In this document: in pieces, positions 8,775 to 18,066 of the stretch
Layout: every line of letters starts with the position of its first letter
How positions within the stretch are numbered: position 1 is the first letter of the stretch
Source of the DNA: Burkholderiales bacterium
GTDB lineage: Bacteria > Pseudomonadota > Gammaproteobacteria > Burkholderiales > SG8-39
DNA: 64,000 nucleotides
Assembly (NCBI GenBank): GCA_036406675.1
Contig: DASXAO010000047.1
Location: forward strand, 4,513-68,512
Direction of reading: 5' to 3'
The notes under the pieces: generated by a model
What the model saw: the letters and a program-made list of their open reading frames with translations, nothing else
The model's database searches: none
What the model was told of the DNA's origin: nothing
Program-made: the position numbers and the translations under genes

Positions 8775-11138
8775 GTGCGCGTGCTGCCGATTCTCCAACG
8801 CAAGCTGCTGCGCGACCTGCGGCAGCTTGCCGGCCAGGCGGTGGCGATCGTGCTGGTCGCCGCCTGCGCGGTGGCGACGGCCGTCATGTCCTTCGGGGTG
8901 CTGCGCTCGCTCGACGATGCGCGCGCGCAGTACTACGAGCGCTGCCGCTTCGCCGATGTCTTCGTTTCGCTGCAGCTCGCGCCCGAGGCCGCCGGCGAGG
9001 CCATCCGGCGGCTGCCGGGCGTCGCCGGCGTGGACACCCGGCTCGTCGCCGATGCGGCCGTCGCCGTTCCGGACACCGAAGGGCCGATCGCCGCACGGGC
9101 GATCTCCTGGCCCGAGCGCGGCGAGCCCGAAGTCAACGCGATCGTCCTGCGCCGCGGGCGATTCGTCCGCGCCGATGCGCCCGAGGTAGTCGTGAACGAG
9201 AGCTTCGCCGAGGCGCACGGCCTCGCACCCGGCGATCGGCTGGAGCTGCTGCTCGGTGGCCGCAGCCGCGAAATGGCGATCGTGGGCGTGGCGCTCTCGC
9301 CCGAATACGTCTATGCGCTCGGACCCGGGATGCTGTCGCCCGACGCGCGCCGCTTCGCGATCCTGTGGACGGGCCGGCGCGTGCTCGAAGCCGCGCTGGG
9401 CGCGAGCGGCGAGTTCAACGACCTCGCGCTGCGCGTGAACGGATCGGCCTCGGTGGAAGGCGTGGCGCGGCAGGTCGAGGCCGCGCTCGAGCCCTACGGG
9501 GCCGCCGAAGCGCACGGCCGGGAACGCCAGCGGTCGCATGCCTTTCTCTCGGCGATGTTCCACCAGATCGCCGGCGTCGGGCGAATCGCTCCCGCGATCT
9601 TCCTCCTCGTCGCGGCGTTCCTGGTTCACGGCGCGCTTGTCCGGCTGGTCGACACGCAGCGCCAGCACATCGGCGTGCTGAAGGCGCTCGGGATCGGCGA
9701 CGCGCGGATCGCATGGCACTACCTCGAGCTTGCGCTCTTCCTGGGCGTGCTGGGGATCGCGGCGGGGCTGGCAGCCGGCACGCTCCTCGGCCACGGGCTG
9801 ACCCGCCTTTACGCGCAGTTCTTCCATTTCCCGAGCCTGTCCTTCCGGCACGACCTGCCGAGCATCCTCGCGGCCTGCGCCGTGTCGATCGCGGCGATGG
9901 CGCTCGGCGCCGCGCGCGGCGTGCGCGCCGTTTCGCGCCTCGCGCCCGCCGCCGCGCTCGCGGCGCCCGTGCCGCCCGGCTACCGGCGCGTGTGGCTCGA
10001 TCGCCTGGTGCGTCGAGGCCCGGCGGGCGGCGCGACCAGGATGGTCCTGCGCCATTTCGGCCGCTATCCGCTTCGCGCCGCGCTCACGCTCGCCGGGCTC
10101 GCGCTCGCCGTGGCACTGCAGATCGCCATGCTTTTCAGCTTCGACGCGCTCGATCGCATGCTTGGCTTTCACGCGCGCGCGGAGACGGGCGACTTCGAGG
10201 TGAGGTTTCCCAGGGTGCTGCCGGCCTCTGCCGCCGGGGAACTCGCGCGCTGGCCGGGCGTGCTGAAAGCGGAGGGCTGGCGCGTGCTGCCGGCCAAGCT
10301 GGGTTCGGGAGGGCACGCCCGCGCGGTGAACGTCACGGGACTCTCGCAGTCGGCGATGCTGCGCACGCTTCTCGACGCGGACCTCGCGCCCGTGCCGGTG
10401 CCGCGGCAGGGACTTGCGCTCGCGGGAAAGCTCGCGTCGCTCCTGGAGGTCGGCGTCGGCGACCGCGTCACGCTTCAGCCCATCGGGTCGCGCGTCCAGG
10501 CGGATCTGCCGGTCGCGCGGATCGTCGAGCAGTACATCGGCCTCGACGCGTACATGGACCTCGATGCGCTGAACGCGCTCGTGGGGGGCGAGCCCGCGAT
10601 CAGCGGCGCGGATCTCGCCGTGGACCCGCGGCGGCGCGGCGAGTTCCTGCGCAGCCTGAAGGACAGCGGCGCGATCGCCGGAATCAGCGAGCCCTCGGCG
10701 GTGCTGGCGTCCTTCCGGGACACCATGCTGCGCACGCTGACCCTGATCGTCTCGTTCTTCGTCGCCTTCGCCGGCCTGACCGCGTTCGGCGTCGCCTACA
10801 GCAGCGCCCGGATCACGCTTGCCGAGCGCGAGCGCGAATTCGCCACCCTCGGCGCGCTGGGGTTCGGCGCGGCCGAGATCGGCCGCATCCTGTCCCTCGA
10901 GACGGCGCTTCTCCTGGCGCTCGCGCTGCCGCTGGGATGCCTGCTCGGGTGGGCGCTCGCGTGGGTTATCGTCCAGCGCCTCGACACGGAGCTCTACCGC
11001 GTGCCGCTGGTAGTCAGCGCGCATACGGCCGGCCTCGCGGTGCTCGTCGTCGTCGCCGCGACGCTCGGTTCGACTTGGAGCGTCGCGCGGCGCATCGGTC
11101 GCATGAACCTGTCCGCGGTGCTGAACGCGAGGCCGTAG
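8775..11138 (+). CDS. ABC transporter permease with duplicated FtsX-type domains (YbbP/MacB-like, 787 aa)
   Basis: GTG start 3 nt after the ATPase stop. N-terminal [23 protein letters not shown] is a TM helix followed by a large loop. Two repeats of the four-helix FtsX pattern. Confidence 0.8.
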   Translation: MRVLPILQRKLLRDLRQLAGQAVAIVLVAACAVATAVMSFGVLRSLDDARAQYYERCRFADVFVSLQLAPEAAGEAIRRLPGVAGVDTRLVADAAVAVPDTEGPIAARAISWPERGEPEVNAIVLRRGRFVRADAPEVVVNESFAEAHGLAPGDRLELLLGGRSREMAIVGVALSPEYVYALGPGMLSPDARRFAILWTGRRVLEAALGASGEFNDLALRVNGSASVEGVARQVEAALEPYGAAEAHGRERQRSHAFLSAMFHQIAGVGRIAPAIFLLVAAFLVHGALVRLVDTQRQHIGVLKALGIGDARIAWHYLELALFLGVLGIAAGLAAGTLLGHGLTRLYAQFFHFPSLSFRHDLPSILAACAVSIAAMALGAARGVRAVSRLAPAAALAAPVPPGYRRVWLDRLVRRGPAGGATRMVLRHFGRYPLRAALTLAGLALAVALQIAMLFSFDALDRMLGFHARAETGDFEVRFPRVLPASAAGELARWPGVLKAEGWRVLPAKLGSGGHARAVNVTGLSQSAMLRTLLDADLAPVPVPRQGLALAGKLASLLEVGVGDRVTLQPIGSRVQADLPVARIVEQYIGLDAYMDLDALNALVGGEPAISGADLAVDPRRRGEFLRSLKDSGAIAGISEPSAVLASFRDTMLRTLTLIVSFFVAFAGLTAFGVAYSSARITLAEREREFATLGALGFGAAEIGRILSLETALLLALALPLGCLLGWALAWVIVQRLDTELYRVPLVVSAHTAGLAVLVVVAATLGSTWSVARRIGRMNLSAVLNARP

Positions 11139-11181
11139 AGCGGCGCGCATTTGGTTTTGTGCTCGGCCGCTACATTTTTTG
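11138..11181 (+). terminator. Possible intrinsic terminator after the ABC permease
   Basis: AGCGGC (11139-11144) can pair with GCCGCT (11166-11171). An imperfect inner stem is followed by ACATTTTTTGCTTTT. The stem is weak and the loop long. Confidence 0.3.
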
Positions 11182-11342
11182 CTTTTCGACCCACGGTGCC
11201 GTGGAGTACGACCTTCGCGACGCGCGAACGCGCGCGGTACAGTTCGGCGTCCCGGCTGCCTCACGGCGCTGCGGATCCTGGGCCCGGCGGGATTCCAAAC
11301 CCTTAGCCGGGCCTTCTCCATTGCGTTTCCGCTCGAGCAAGA

Positions 11343-11363
11343 AAATGGTGACTGTCACCATTT
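11343..11363. promoter_or_regulatory. Perfect 21-bp palindrome AAATGGTGAC-T-GTCACCATTT in the cysH upstream region
   Basis: Read directly: 10-bp arms around one central base, ~110 bp upstream of the cysH ATG. There is no downstream U-run, so an operator is more likely than a terminator. Confidence 0.45.
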
Positions 11364-11411
11364 CTGCTGCGGTCGCGCTCTCTCTTAAATTCTTCCCCGT
11401 CGAAGCGTTTT

Positions 11412-11451
11412 GTTATAAAGAATATAAAAAATATTCTTTGAAGTTATAAAG
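11412..11451. promoter_or_regulatory. AT-rich composite site: GTTATAAAG direct repeats flanking a 9-bp inverted repeat AAAGAATAT-N5-ATATTCTTT
   Basis: GTTATAAAG occurs at 11412-11420 and 11443-11451. The inverted-repeat arms are at 11417-11425 and 11431-11439. The site lies 24 bp upstream of the cysH ATG in an otherwise ~68% G+C genome. Confidence 0.5.
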
Positions 11452-11474
11452 CTTTTTTATAGCATCGGTGCCCC

Positions 11475-12182
11475 ATGGGATTTCCCGCCGAGGCCCCGAC
11501 CAAGGAAGCCGAGCTCGGGCGCGAGCTTCGTTCCATCGCGCACGACTTCGCGCCCGCCGTCCTGGCGAGCAGCCTGTCGGCGGAAGACATGGTCCTGACC
11601 GACGCCGTTGCGCGCGCGGGGCTGCCGATCGGAATCTTCGTTCTCGATACCGGCCGCCTTCACGGCGATACGCTCGCGCTCGTAGAGCGCATCCGCGGCC
11701 GCTATGGCCTCGAGGTCGAGGTGTGCCACCCCGATCCGGTCGCCGTCCTTCAATACGTGAAGAATCACGGCCGCGACGCGTTCTATCGCGACGCGGAGCT
11801 CCGCCAGCGGTGTTGCGAGATCCGCAAGGTGAGGCCGCTGCGCCGGGCGCTGTCGGGGCGGCGCGCCTGGATCACGGGGCTGCGCCGCGAGCACTCCGCG
11901 GCGCGGTCCGGATTGCCGGCGCGGGAGCACGACCACGTGCACGGTCTCGAGAAGTTCAATCCGCTCGCCGCGTGGAGCGAGGAAGAGGTGTGGTCGTACC
12001 TGCGCCGCTTCGAAGTGCCGTACAACCCGCTCTACGACCAGGGCTACCGCTCGATAGGCTGCGCGCCCTGCACCCGTCCCGTGGTCGCGGGCGAAGACGT
12101 GCGCGCCGGGCGCTGGTGGTGGGAGGCGGCCTCGAAAAAGGAGTGCGGCCTGCACGTGGCGGAGCCGGCCGATGCTCGCTGA
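11475..12182 (+). CDS. cysH: Adenylylsulfate (APS)/PAPS reductase, Fe-S-type CysH
   Basis: PAPS_reduct fold. CCEIRKV plus GCAPCT (the CC...CxxC cluster motif of assimilatory APS reductases) and C-terminal KECGLH. Confidence 0.9.
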   Translation: MGFPAEAPTKEAELGRELRSIAHDFAPAVLASSLSAEDMVLTDAVARAGLPIGIFVLDTGRLHGDTLALVERIRGRYGLEVEVCHPDPVAVLQYVKNHGRDAFYRDAELRQRCCEIRKVRPLRRALSGRRAWITGLRREHSAARSGLPAREHDHVHGLEKFNPLAAWSEEEVWSYLRRFEVPYNPLYDQGYRSIGCAPCTRPVVAGEDVRAGRWWWEAASKKECGLHVAEPADAR

Positions 12183-13074
12183 ACGCTCGCACCTCGACTG
12201 GCTCGAGTCGGAGGCGATCTACATCGTGCGCGAGGTCGCGGGCCAGTGCCAGAACCCGGTGCTGTTCTTCTCCGGCGGCAAGGACTCCCTCTGCCTGCTG
12301 CGGCTCGCCGAGAAGGCGTTCCGCCCCGGGCGCTTCCCGTTCCCGCTGCTGCACATCGACACCGGGCACAACTTCCCCGAGGTGATCGCGTTTCGCGACC
12401 GCCGCGCCGCGGAGCTCGGCGAGCGCCTTCTGGTGCGCTCGGTCGAGGACTCGATCAGGAGGGGTTCTGTAAGGCTCGCTTCTGAAGGCCAAAGCCGGAA
12501 CGCCGCGCAATCCGTGACGCTGCTCGAGGCGATCGCGGAGCTCGGATTCGACGCGGCGATCGGCGGCGCGCGGCGCGACGAGGAAAAGGCGCGCGCCAAG
12601 GAGCGGGTATTCTCGTTCCGCGACGAGTTTGGCCAGTGGGACCCGCGCAACCAGCGCCCGGAGCTGTGGAGCCTCTACAACGCGCGCGTGCACCCGGGCG
12701 AGCACGTGCGGGTGTTCCCCATCAGCAACTGGACCGAGCTCGACGTCTGGCAGTACATCGCGCGCGAGCAGCTGGAGGTACCCTCCATCTATTTTGCGCA
12801 CCAGCGACCCGTCGTGCGCCGGCGCGGCCTGCTGGTGCCGGTGACCCCGATTACGCCGCCGCGCGCGGGCGAGACCGTGGAGGAGATATCGGTGCGCTTC
12901 CGCACCGTGGGCGACATCAGCTGCACTTGCCCCGTCGAATCCAGCGCCGCGAGTCTCCAGGCGATTCTCGAGGAAACAATCGGCGCGAAGCTGACCGAGC
13001 GCGGCGCCACGCGCATGGACGACCAGACTTCCGAGGCGTCCATGGAGCGGCGGAAGAAAGAGGGATATTTTTGA
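12172..13074 (+). CDS. cysD: Sulfate adenylyltransferase subunit 2
   Basis: HLDWLESEAIYIVREV..., FSGGKDS PP-loop, typical CysD length (300 aa). Overlaps cysH by 11 nt. Confidence 0.92.
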   Translation: MLAERSHLDWLESEAIYIVREVAGQCQNPVLFFSGGKDSLCLLRLAEKAFRPGRFPFPLLHIDTGHNFPEVIAFRDRRAAELGERLLVRSVEDSIRRGSVRLASEGQSRNAAQSVTLLEAIAELGFDAAIGGARRDEEKARAKERVFSFRDEFGQWDPRNQRPELWSLYNARVHPGEHVRVFPISNWTELDVWQYIAREQLEVPSIYFAHQRPVVRRRGLLVPVTPITPPRAGETVEEISVRFRTVGDISCTCPVESSAASLQAILEETIGAKLTERGATRMDDQTSEASMERRKKEGYF

Positions 13075-13096
13075 TGAAAGGCGCTTTGCCAGTCTG

Positions 13097-14332
13097 ATGC
13101 AGCCTCTTCGCTTCGCCACCGCCGGCAGCGTCGACGACGGCAAGAGCACCCTCATCGGGCGCCTGCTCTACGACGCGCGCGCGCTGCAGGAAGACCAGGT
13201 CGCCGCGGTGGAGAGGGCGTCGCTGCGCCGCGGCGCCGGCGAGCTCGACCTCTCGCTCGTCACCGACGGGCTCGAAGCCGAGCGCGAGCAGGGCATCACC
13301 ATCGACGTCGCCTACCGCTACTTCGCCACGCCGGTGCGCAAGTTCATCATCGCCGACTCGCCCGGCCACGAGCAGTACACGCGCAACATGGCCACGGGGG
13401 CGAGCAACGCCGACGCGCTGGTGCTGCTGCTCGACGTCACCAGGCCGCTGCTGCCGCAATCGCGCCGCCACCTCGTCATCGCGCGGCTGCTCGGAATCCG
13501 CCACGCGATCGTGTTCGTGAACAAGCTCGATCTCGCCGGCTACGCGCGCGCGGCCTACGAGCGCGTGCGCGCCGAGCTCGAAGCCTTCGCCGCGCCGCTG
13601 CGCTTCGATTCGCTGGTGTGCATTCCGGGCTCGGCGCTGCGCGGCGACATGGTGGTCGAGCGCGGCGAGCGCCTCGACTGGTACCGCGGGCCGACGCTCC
13701 TCGAGCGGCTGGAGAGCGTGCCCGCCTCGACCGACCGCGGCGCGGCCGGCCCGCTGCGCTTTCCGGTGCAGCTCGTCTCGCCGCCGCGCGGCGGCCACGC
13801 GCGCGCCTACATGGGACGCATCGAGTCCGGCCACGTCCTCGCGGGCGCGCCGGTGGTCGCCCTGCCCGGCGGCCGCACGACCCGGGTGCGCCACATCGTG
13901 GTCCACGGCGCCGAGCGCGAGATCGCCGTCGCCGGCGATTCGGTGTCGCTCGTGCTCGCCGACGAGCTCGACCTCGCGCGCGGCGACCTGCTCGCCGACG
14001 CGGCGCAGCCGCCGCGCGAGGCGCGCTCGCTCGAGGCCGCGCTCATCTGGCTCGGCGCCGAGCCGCTGCGGCCGGCGGCGCGCTACCTCGTGCAGCTCGC
14101 CTCGCGCCGCGTGGCCGGCAAGGTGGTCGAGCTGCAAAGCCGCCTCGACATCGACACGCTCGGCGAACGCGCGGTGGAGGGCAACGTGATGGCGAACGAC
14201 ATCGTCAACGTGCGCCTTTCGCTGCAGGCGCCGCTGTTTGCCGATTCCTACGAGGCCGTGCGATGCACCGGCGCGCTCATCCTGATCGACGAGACCACGA
14301 ACCAGACGGTGGCGGCCGCGCTGGTGCGTTGA
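13097..14332 (+). CDS. cysN: Sulfate adenylyltransferase subunit 1 (GTPase), no fused APS-kinase domain
   Basis: GSVDDGKSTLIGRL (G1), DSPGHEQY (G3), NKLD (G4). At 411 aa it ends without a CysC domain. Confidence 0.9.
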   Translation: MQPLRFATAGSVDDGKSTLIGRLLYDARALQEDQVAAVERASLRRGAGELDLSLVTDGLEAEREQGITIDVAYRYFATPVRKFIIADSPGHEQYTRNMATGASNADALVLLLDVTRPLLPQSRRHLVIARLLGIRHAIVFVNKLDLAGYARAAYERVRAELEAFAAPLRFDSLVCIPGSALRGDMVVERGERLDWYRGPTLLERLESVPASTDRGAAGPLRFPVQLVSPPRGGHARAYMGRIESGHVLAGAPVVALPGGRTTRVRHIVVHGAEREIAVAGDSVSLVLADELDLARGDLLADAAQPPREARSLEAALIWLGAEPLRPAARYLVQLASRRVAGKVVELQSRLDIDTLGERAVEGNVMANDIVNVRLSLQAPLFADSYEAVRCTGALILIDETTNQTVAAALVR

Positions 14333-14348
14333 TGGGAAAGCAAGCTCC

Positions 14349-17126
14349 CTAGGGTCGCTCAGCGGTCGGCGGCGCGCACCCGCGCGCGGCCCAGGCGGAG
14401 AGCGCCGCGTCGGGCTGGCGCATCCAGCCCATCAGTTGCGGTCCCTGATCGCCCAGCAGGCAGTGATGAAAAGCGGTGACCGCCTGCGCGCGAGGCGTCA
14501 TGGCGTCGAACACCGCCTTGTCGACCACGGCAGGCGGGCGCCGATGCGCGAGCGCGTCGATCGCGAGGTGCTCGGCGGCAACCGGGGCGAAGGCAGGGTC
14601 GGACGCGCCGCGCCGCGCGGCGATGGCGACGGCCTGCGCGCCGCTGCCGAGGAGCCAGCGCGGAAGCTCGACCAGCCCGGTGCGGCGCAGGACGAAGGCG
14701 ATGTCGCTCCAGTAGTTGTAGTCGGCGCCGCGCAGCTCGGGGAAAAGCGTCCGGTCGAGGATCGCGCGGCGGCGAAACGCTTCCGGGCTTTCCGCCAGCA
14801 CCGCGGAAGGAAGGATCGCGGCCCAGGGGCTCGTCTCGAGGCGACGGCGACCCGACTCGGCGTCCATGAGCCACAGCGCGTGCCGCGGCGGCTCGGAATG
14901 GAGCGCAGAGCCGATCCGGCGGGGGTGGTCGTCGACGAGCGGCGCGGTACCCGCGGTCAGCTCGCGCAGCGCGTCGGCGTCGGCCATGAAGAGCGCGGCG
15001 AGCTCCGCCGGGCTGTCGACGCCGAGGCGCCGCAACTCGCTCCCCGTCCGCTCGAGCTTCCAGAGCCGCGAAAACTGCTCGCGGGTCACGGGCGCGATGC
15101 CGCCGCGGCTGCCGACGAGGATCCAGTCGCGGTGAAATCCAGACCAGAGGGAGCAGTCCTCGAACGCTTCGCAGAAGGCGCGGATGATGGCGAGCGCCTC
15201 GTCCTCGAGCACGAGATACGCGGGGAGCCAGTAGGTGGCGATCCCGGCGGGATTGAGGTGGTCCTTGACGAGCTCGAAATACTCGCGCGTGTAGAGCGAA
15301 GCGACCCCCGCCATCTTCGGCGGCGGCGGCTCGCCGGTGATGAGGTCGTAGCGCCCCGACGTGGCCTGCAGGAAGAAGCGGCCGTCCTCGACGCGCGTGC
15401 GCACGCGCGGGTCGCGCAGCGGGTGGCGCGCGGGGTCGGGGTGCACGATGCTGCTCATCTCGAGGATGTCCTTCGACACGTCGACGACCTCGAGCGAGCG
15501 CAGGTCGGGAAGGTCGGTGAGCGCGCTCGCCGTCATGCCGACGCCGAAGCAGATGAGCAGCGCGCGCTCGATCTTCGGATGGAGGGCGGCCGGGAGGTAC
15601 GCGAAAAGCTTCATGTAGCGCTGTATGCCGATGGCCGTGGAGGCCATGGAGTACGAGTTGGTGGCGAGGCGCAGGAACAGCGGCTCGCCGAGAAAGTCGT
15701 GCGCGAGGTAGAACGTGGTCTGCTCGAGGCCCTCGCGCGCCGCCACGATGCGGCCGGCGAAGCGCTGCTCGACGCCGCGCCAGTGCTTTTCGGCCATCGT
15801 GCCGAACGGAAACAGGACGAGCGCAGCCGCGGCGGCGAGCGCGGGACGAAGCGCGCGCCAGGGCGACGCTTCGGCGCGGGGAATGACGAGCACGGCCACG
15901 GCATAGACCAGCGCCAGCGCGAAGAACGAGCGCTCGAGGCCGAGCACCGGCAGCAGGACGAACGCGCCGACGAGCGACCCGAGCATCGCCCCGAGCGTGT
16001 TGGCGAGCGTGAGCGCGCCGGTCGCGACGCCGGCGTCGTCCATGCCGCTTCGCAGCCGCTCGCCCAGCGCGGTGAAGAGGAAACCGGAGAGGAGGGCCGG
16101 CGGCGCGAGGAGGAACGCGCACAGAACCGCGGCGCTCGGCGGCGACTGCGCGTGCACGGGCGCGAGGCGCGCGAGCAGCCAGGGATAAGCGGCGTATGCG
16201 CCGACCACCGCGAGCGCCGCGCCCGCCCCCGCAGCGCGCGCCAAGCCGGAGGAAAGCGGCCGGCGGCGCGCAACGCCGGCCGCGACGAGGCCGCCGAGGC
16301 CGATCCCGGCCAGCACTACCGCGAGCATCACTGCGAAGAGGAGCGGGGTGCCATCGATGAAGAGAAGCAGGAAGCGAAAGCCGACCACTTCCAGCGCGAG
16401 AAGCGCGCCTCCCGCCAAAAAAGCAGCCGCGAGGACGCGCCCTCGTCCCACAAACGCTTCACTGGAAAAAGAAAAACGAAATTCCTGGTTCTTGATGGTT
16501 CCCGAGATGCGCAGGGCGATGAGCGCCGCGGCGAGGTTGCACGCGGCGCCGGCGAAGCCGCTGCCCCGCAGCCCGAGCGACGGAATGAGCACGAGCTCGG
16601 CGCCGAGCGTGCCCGCAACCGCGCCGAGCGTGTTGATGCCGTAGAGGCGGCCGAGCGCGAAGCCGTAGCTGCCGGTGAGCCCTTCCAGCGGCTTCGCGAC
16701 CAGCGGCAGGCTCGCGCCGAGCGCCGTGGCGGGGATCAGCATGAGGACGAAGGCGATGCCAAGGCGCGCGGCGTCGAGGGCGGCGACGTGGTCCACGAGC
16801 GGCGCGAGGAGCGGGCGCAAGAGCGCGGGGAGATGCGGAAAGGCGCCGACGAGCAACGCGCCGGACAGCGCGGCCAGCGTCTCGACCAGCGCGTAGCCGA
16901 GCAGCGGCCGCTTCCAGCGGCGCGCGAGCGCCATGGCCGCCGCATTGCCCAGGCCCAGTCCCGCCATGAACGCCGCGACGACCAGCGCCGCCGACCACAC
17001 GCTGTTGCCGACGACGAGGCCGGCCTGGCTGAACCAGACCGTTTCCAGCACGAGCGCGCCCGCGCCGGAGAGGAAGAACATTCCAAGGACCGCCGGTAGC
17101 GCCGGCGTTGTTATTGTTCTGGCCAC
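14349..17126 (-). CDS. Fused polytopic-membrane / spermidine-synthase-like protein with long C-terminal extension (925 aa)
   Basis: The N-terminal ~470 aa is very hydrophobic (MFS-like helices). The middle has an aminopropyl/methyltransferase fold: LLICFGVGMTASAL..LEVVDVSKDI..DPRVRTRVEDGRFFL..RYDLITGEPPPP..LYTREYFELVKDHLNPAGI. The last ~250 aa are unassigned. Confidence 0.75.
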   Translation of the reverse strand: MARTITTPALPAVLGMFFLSGAGALVLETVWFSQAGLVVGNSVWSAALVVAAFMAGLGLGNAAAMALARRWKRPLLGYALVETLAALSGALLVGAFPHLPALLRPLLAPLVDHVAALDAARLGIAFVLMLIPATALGASLPLVAKPLEGLTGSYGFALGRLYGINTLGAVAGTLGAELVLIPSLGLRGSGFAGAACNLAAALIALRISGTIKNQEFRFSFSSEAFVGRGRVLAAAFLAGGALLALEVVGFRFLLLFIDGTPLLFAVMLAVVLAGIGLGGLVAAGVARRRPLSSGLARAAGAGAALAVVGAYAAYPWLLARLAPVHAQSPPSAAVLCAFLLAPPALLSGFLFTALGERLRSGMDDAGVATGALTLANTLGAMLGSLVGAFVLLPVLGLERSFFALALVYAVAVLVIPRAEASPWRALRPALAAAAALVLFPFGTMAEKHWRGVEQRFAGRIVAAREGLEQTTFYLAHDFLGEPLFLRLATNSYSMASTAIGIQRYMKLFAYLPAALHPKIERALLICFGVGMTASALTDLPDLRSLEVVDVSKDILEMSSIVHPDPARHPLRDPRVRTRVEDGRFFLQATSGRYDLITGEPPPPKMAGVASLYTREYFELVKDHLNPAGIATYWLPAYLVLEDEALAIIRAFCEAFEDCSLWSGFHRDWILVGSRGGIAPVTREQFSRLWKLERTGSELRRLGVDSPAELAALFMADADALRELTAGTAPLVDDHPRRIGSALHSEPPRHALWLMDAESGRRRLETSPWAAILPSAVLAESPEAFRRRAILDRTLFPELRGADYNYWSDIAFVLRRTGLVELPRWLLGSGAQAVAIAARRGASDPAFAPVAAEHLAIDALAHRRPPAVVDKAVFDAMTPRAQAVTAFHHCLLGDQGPQLMGWMRQPDAALSAWAARGCAPPTAERP

Positions 17127-17179
17127 GCAGGCGCGAGCTTACCGCATGCGCCCGCGGACCTCCGCGCTCGCGCACCTTC

Positions 17180-17539
17180 CTACGGACGCACCAGCCGGCC
17201 CTCGCGCGTCAATTCGACGCGATCGCCGACCTCGAAGCGCTCGCCGGCCTGCACTACGCTTTGCGTGGTGCCATCGGCCATCTTCAGCCGGTACGCCATC
17301 GTCGCGCTCGTGGCCGGTCCGGCCGTGCCGCCTGCTGCGGCGGGTTCGGAGGCGAGCGACAGGACCGTGGCGGACTCGATGGTGCCGATGCCGGCATGAC
17401 TGGATGCCGGAGATGCCGCCGGGGGAGGGACGGCGGTGGCTTCCGCCGGGCGCTCGGGCGGCGGGTTCGGCGCAGTGGCGGCGCAGGCCGCGAGCAGCAG
17501 CGACATCGCGGCGGTGCAGAGGAGGGTCCCGGACTTCAT
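17180..17539 (-). CDS. Small lipoprotein, paralog of 5309..5713
   Basis: ATG at 17539 inside ORF 17180..18280. MKSGTLLCTAAMSLLLAAC lipobox, Pro/Ala linker, and C-terminal ..MADGTTQSVV....FEVGDRVELTREGRLVRP. Confidence 0.7.
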   Translation of the reverse strand: MKSGTLLCTAAMSLLLAACAATAPNPPPERPAEATAVPPPAASPASSHAGIGTIESATVLSLASEPAAAGGTAGPATSATMAYRLKMADGTTQSVVQAGERFEVGDRVELTREGRLVRP

Positions 17540-17674
17540 GCCCGTGAGATGCAGTCTTCGTGCCGGCTCGTCCGCTGGTACGAAAGGGCCATGAAAACGC
17601 CGTCCCGCCGTATTGACAGCCGGCATCGCTGCATCACACAGTCCCGAGCGGGGAGACGACTTGAGGAGGGTCGG

Positions 17675-18058
17675 TTGAAGGCCGGTGCAGCGGCGCTCTT
17701 TGTGTGCGCGCTGGTCGCCGTTCCGGGCGCGGCGCTTGCGCAAGGCTGCGGCCGGCTGGTGGCCAGCGTGGACGACGCCCGTGCGATGCTGCTGCGAGCG
17801 GCGAACGAGCCGGCTTTCGAGGCGGCGAAGAGCCAGGCGCTCCGGGCGAAGAACGCGCTGGACGGCGCTGCCCTGTCTTCGATGGACTGCCAGTGCAAGG
17901 CGGCTTATTCCGAGTTCGACACCGCCGCCTGGCGGGCGCGGCGCGCCCGCGACGCGTATTCGCCGAACGAGTACGTCGATTCGCTCGATGCGGCGATCCG
18001 CGCGTTCAACAATGCGATCGGCGAGTTGAAGTCCTGCGCGGCCGAGCGCGTTCGCTAG
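17675..18058 (+). CDS. Secreted Ala-rich protein (predicted helical) with 4 Cys, function unknown
   Basis: TTG at 17675 preceded by GAGGAGGG. Signal peptide (M)KAGAAALFVCALVAVPGAALA/QGCG. The rest of ORF 17108..18058 is antisense to the lipoprotein gene. Confidence 0.55.
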   Translation: MKAGAAALFVCALVAVPGAALAQGCGRLVASVDDARAMLLRAANEPAFEAAKSQALRAKNALDGAALSSMDCQCKAAYSEFDTAAWRARRARDAYSPNEYVDSLDAAIRAFNNAIGELKSCAAERVR

Positions 18059-18066
18059 CGCCCGCC

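Noticed and set aside
11179-11388. Small ORFs (69 aa plus, 63-66 aa minus) in the spacer between the ABC permease and cysH.
   Set aside because: No coding-like features or ribosome-binding sites. The region is better explained as terminator plus regulatory DNA containing the palindromes.
8046-11449. Two very long ORFs (8046..11321 minus, 1091 aa; 8159..11449 plus, 1096 aa) overlapping the ABC ATPase/permease genes.
   Set aside because: The translations are extremely Arg/Ala/Pro/Gly-rich and low in complexity, without motifs. The third frame gives bona fide Walker and FtsX proteins.
14359-17099. ORFs 14359..16122 (-), 14436..17099 (+) and others overlapping the 925-aa membrane/spermidine-synthase-like gene.
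   Set aside because: Out-of-frame or antisense translations are Arg-rich nonsense. Only the frame 14349..17126 gives hydrophobic helices plus a recognisable transferase fold.
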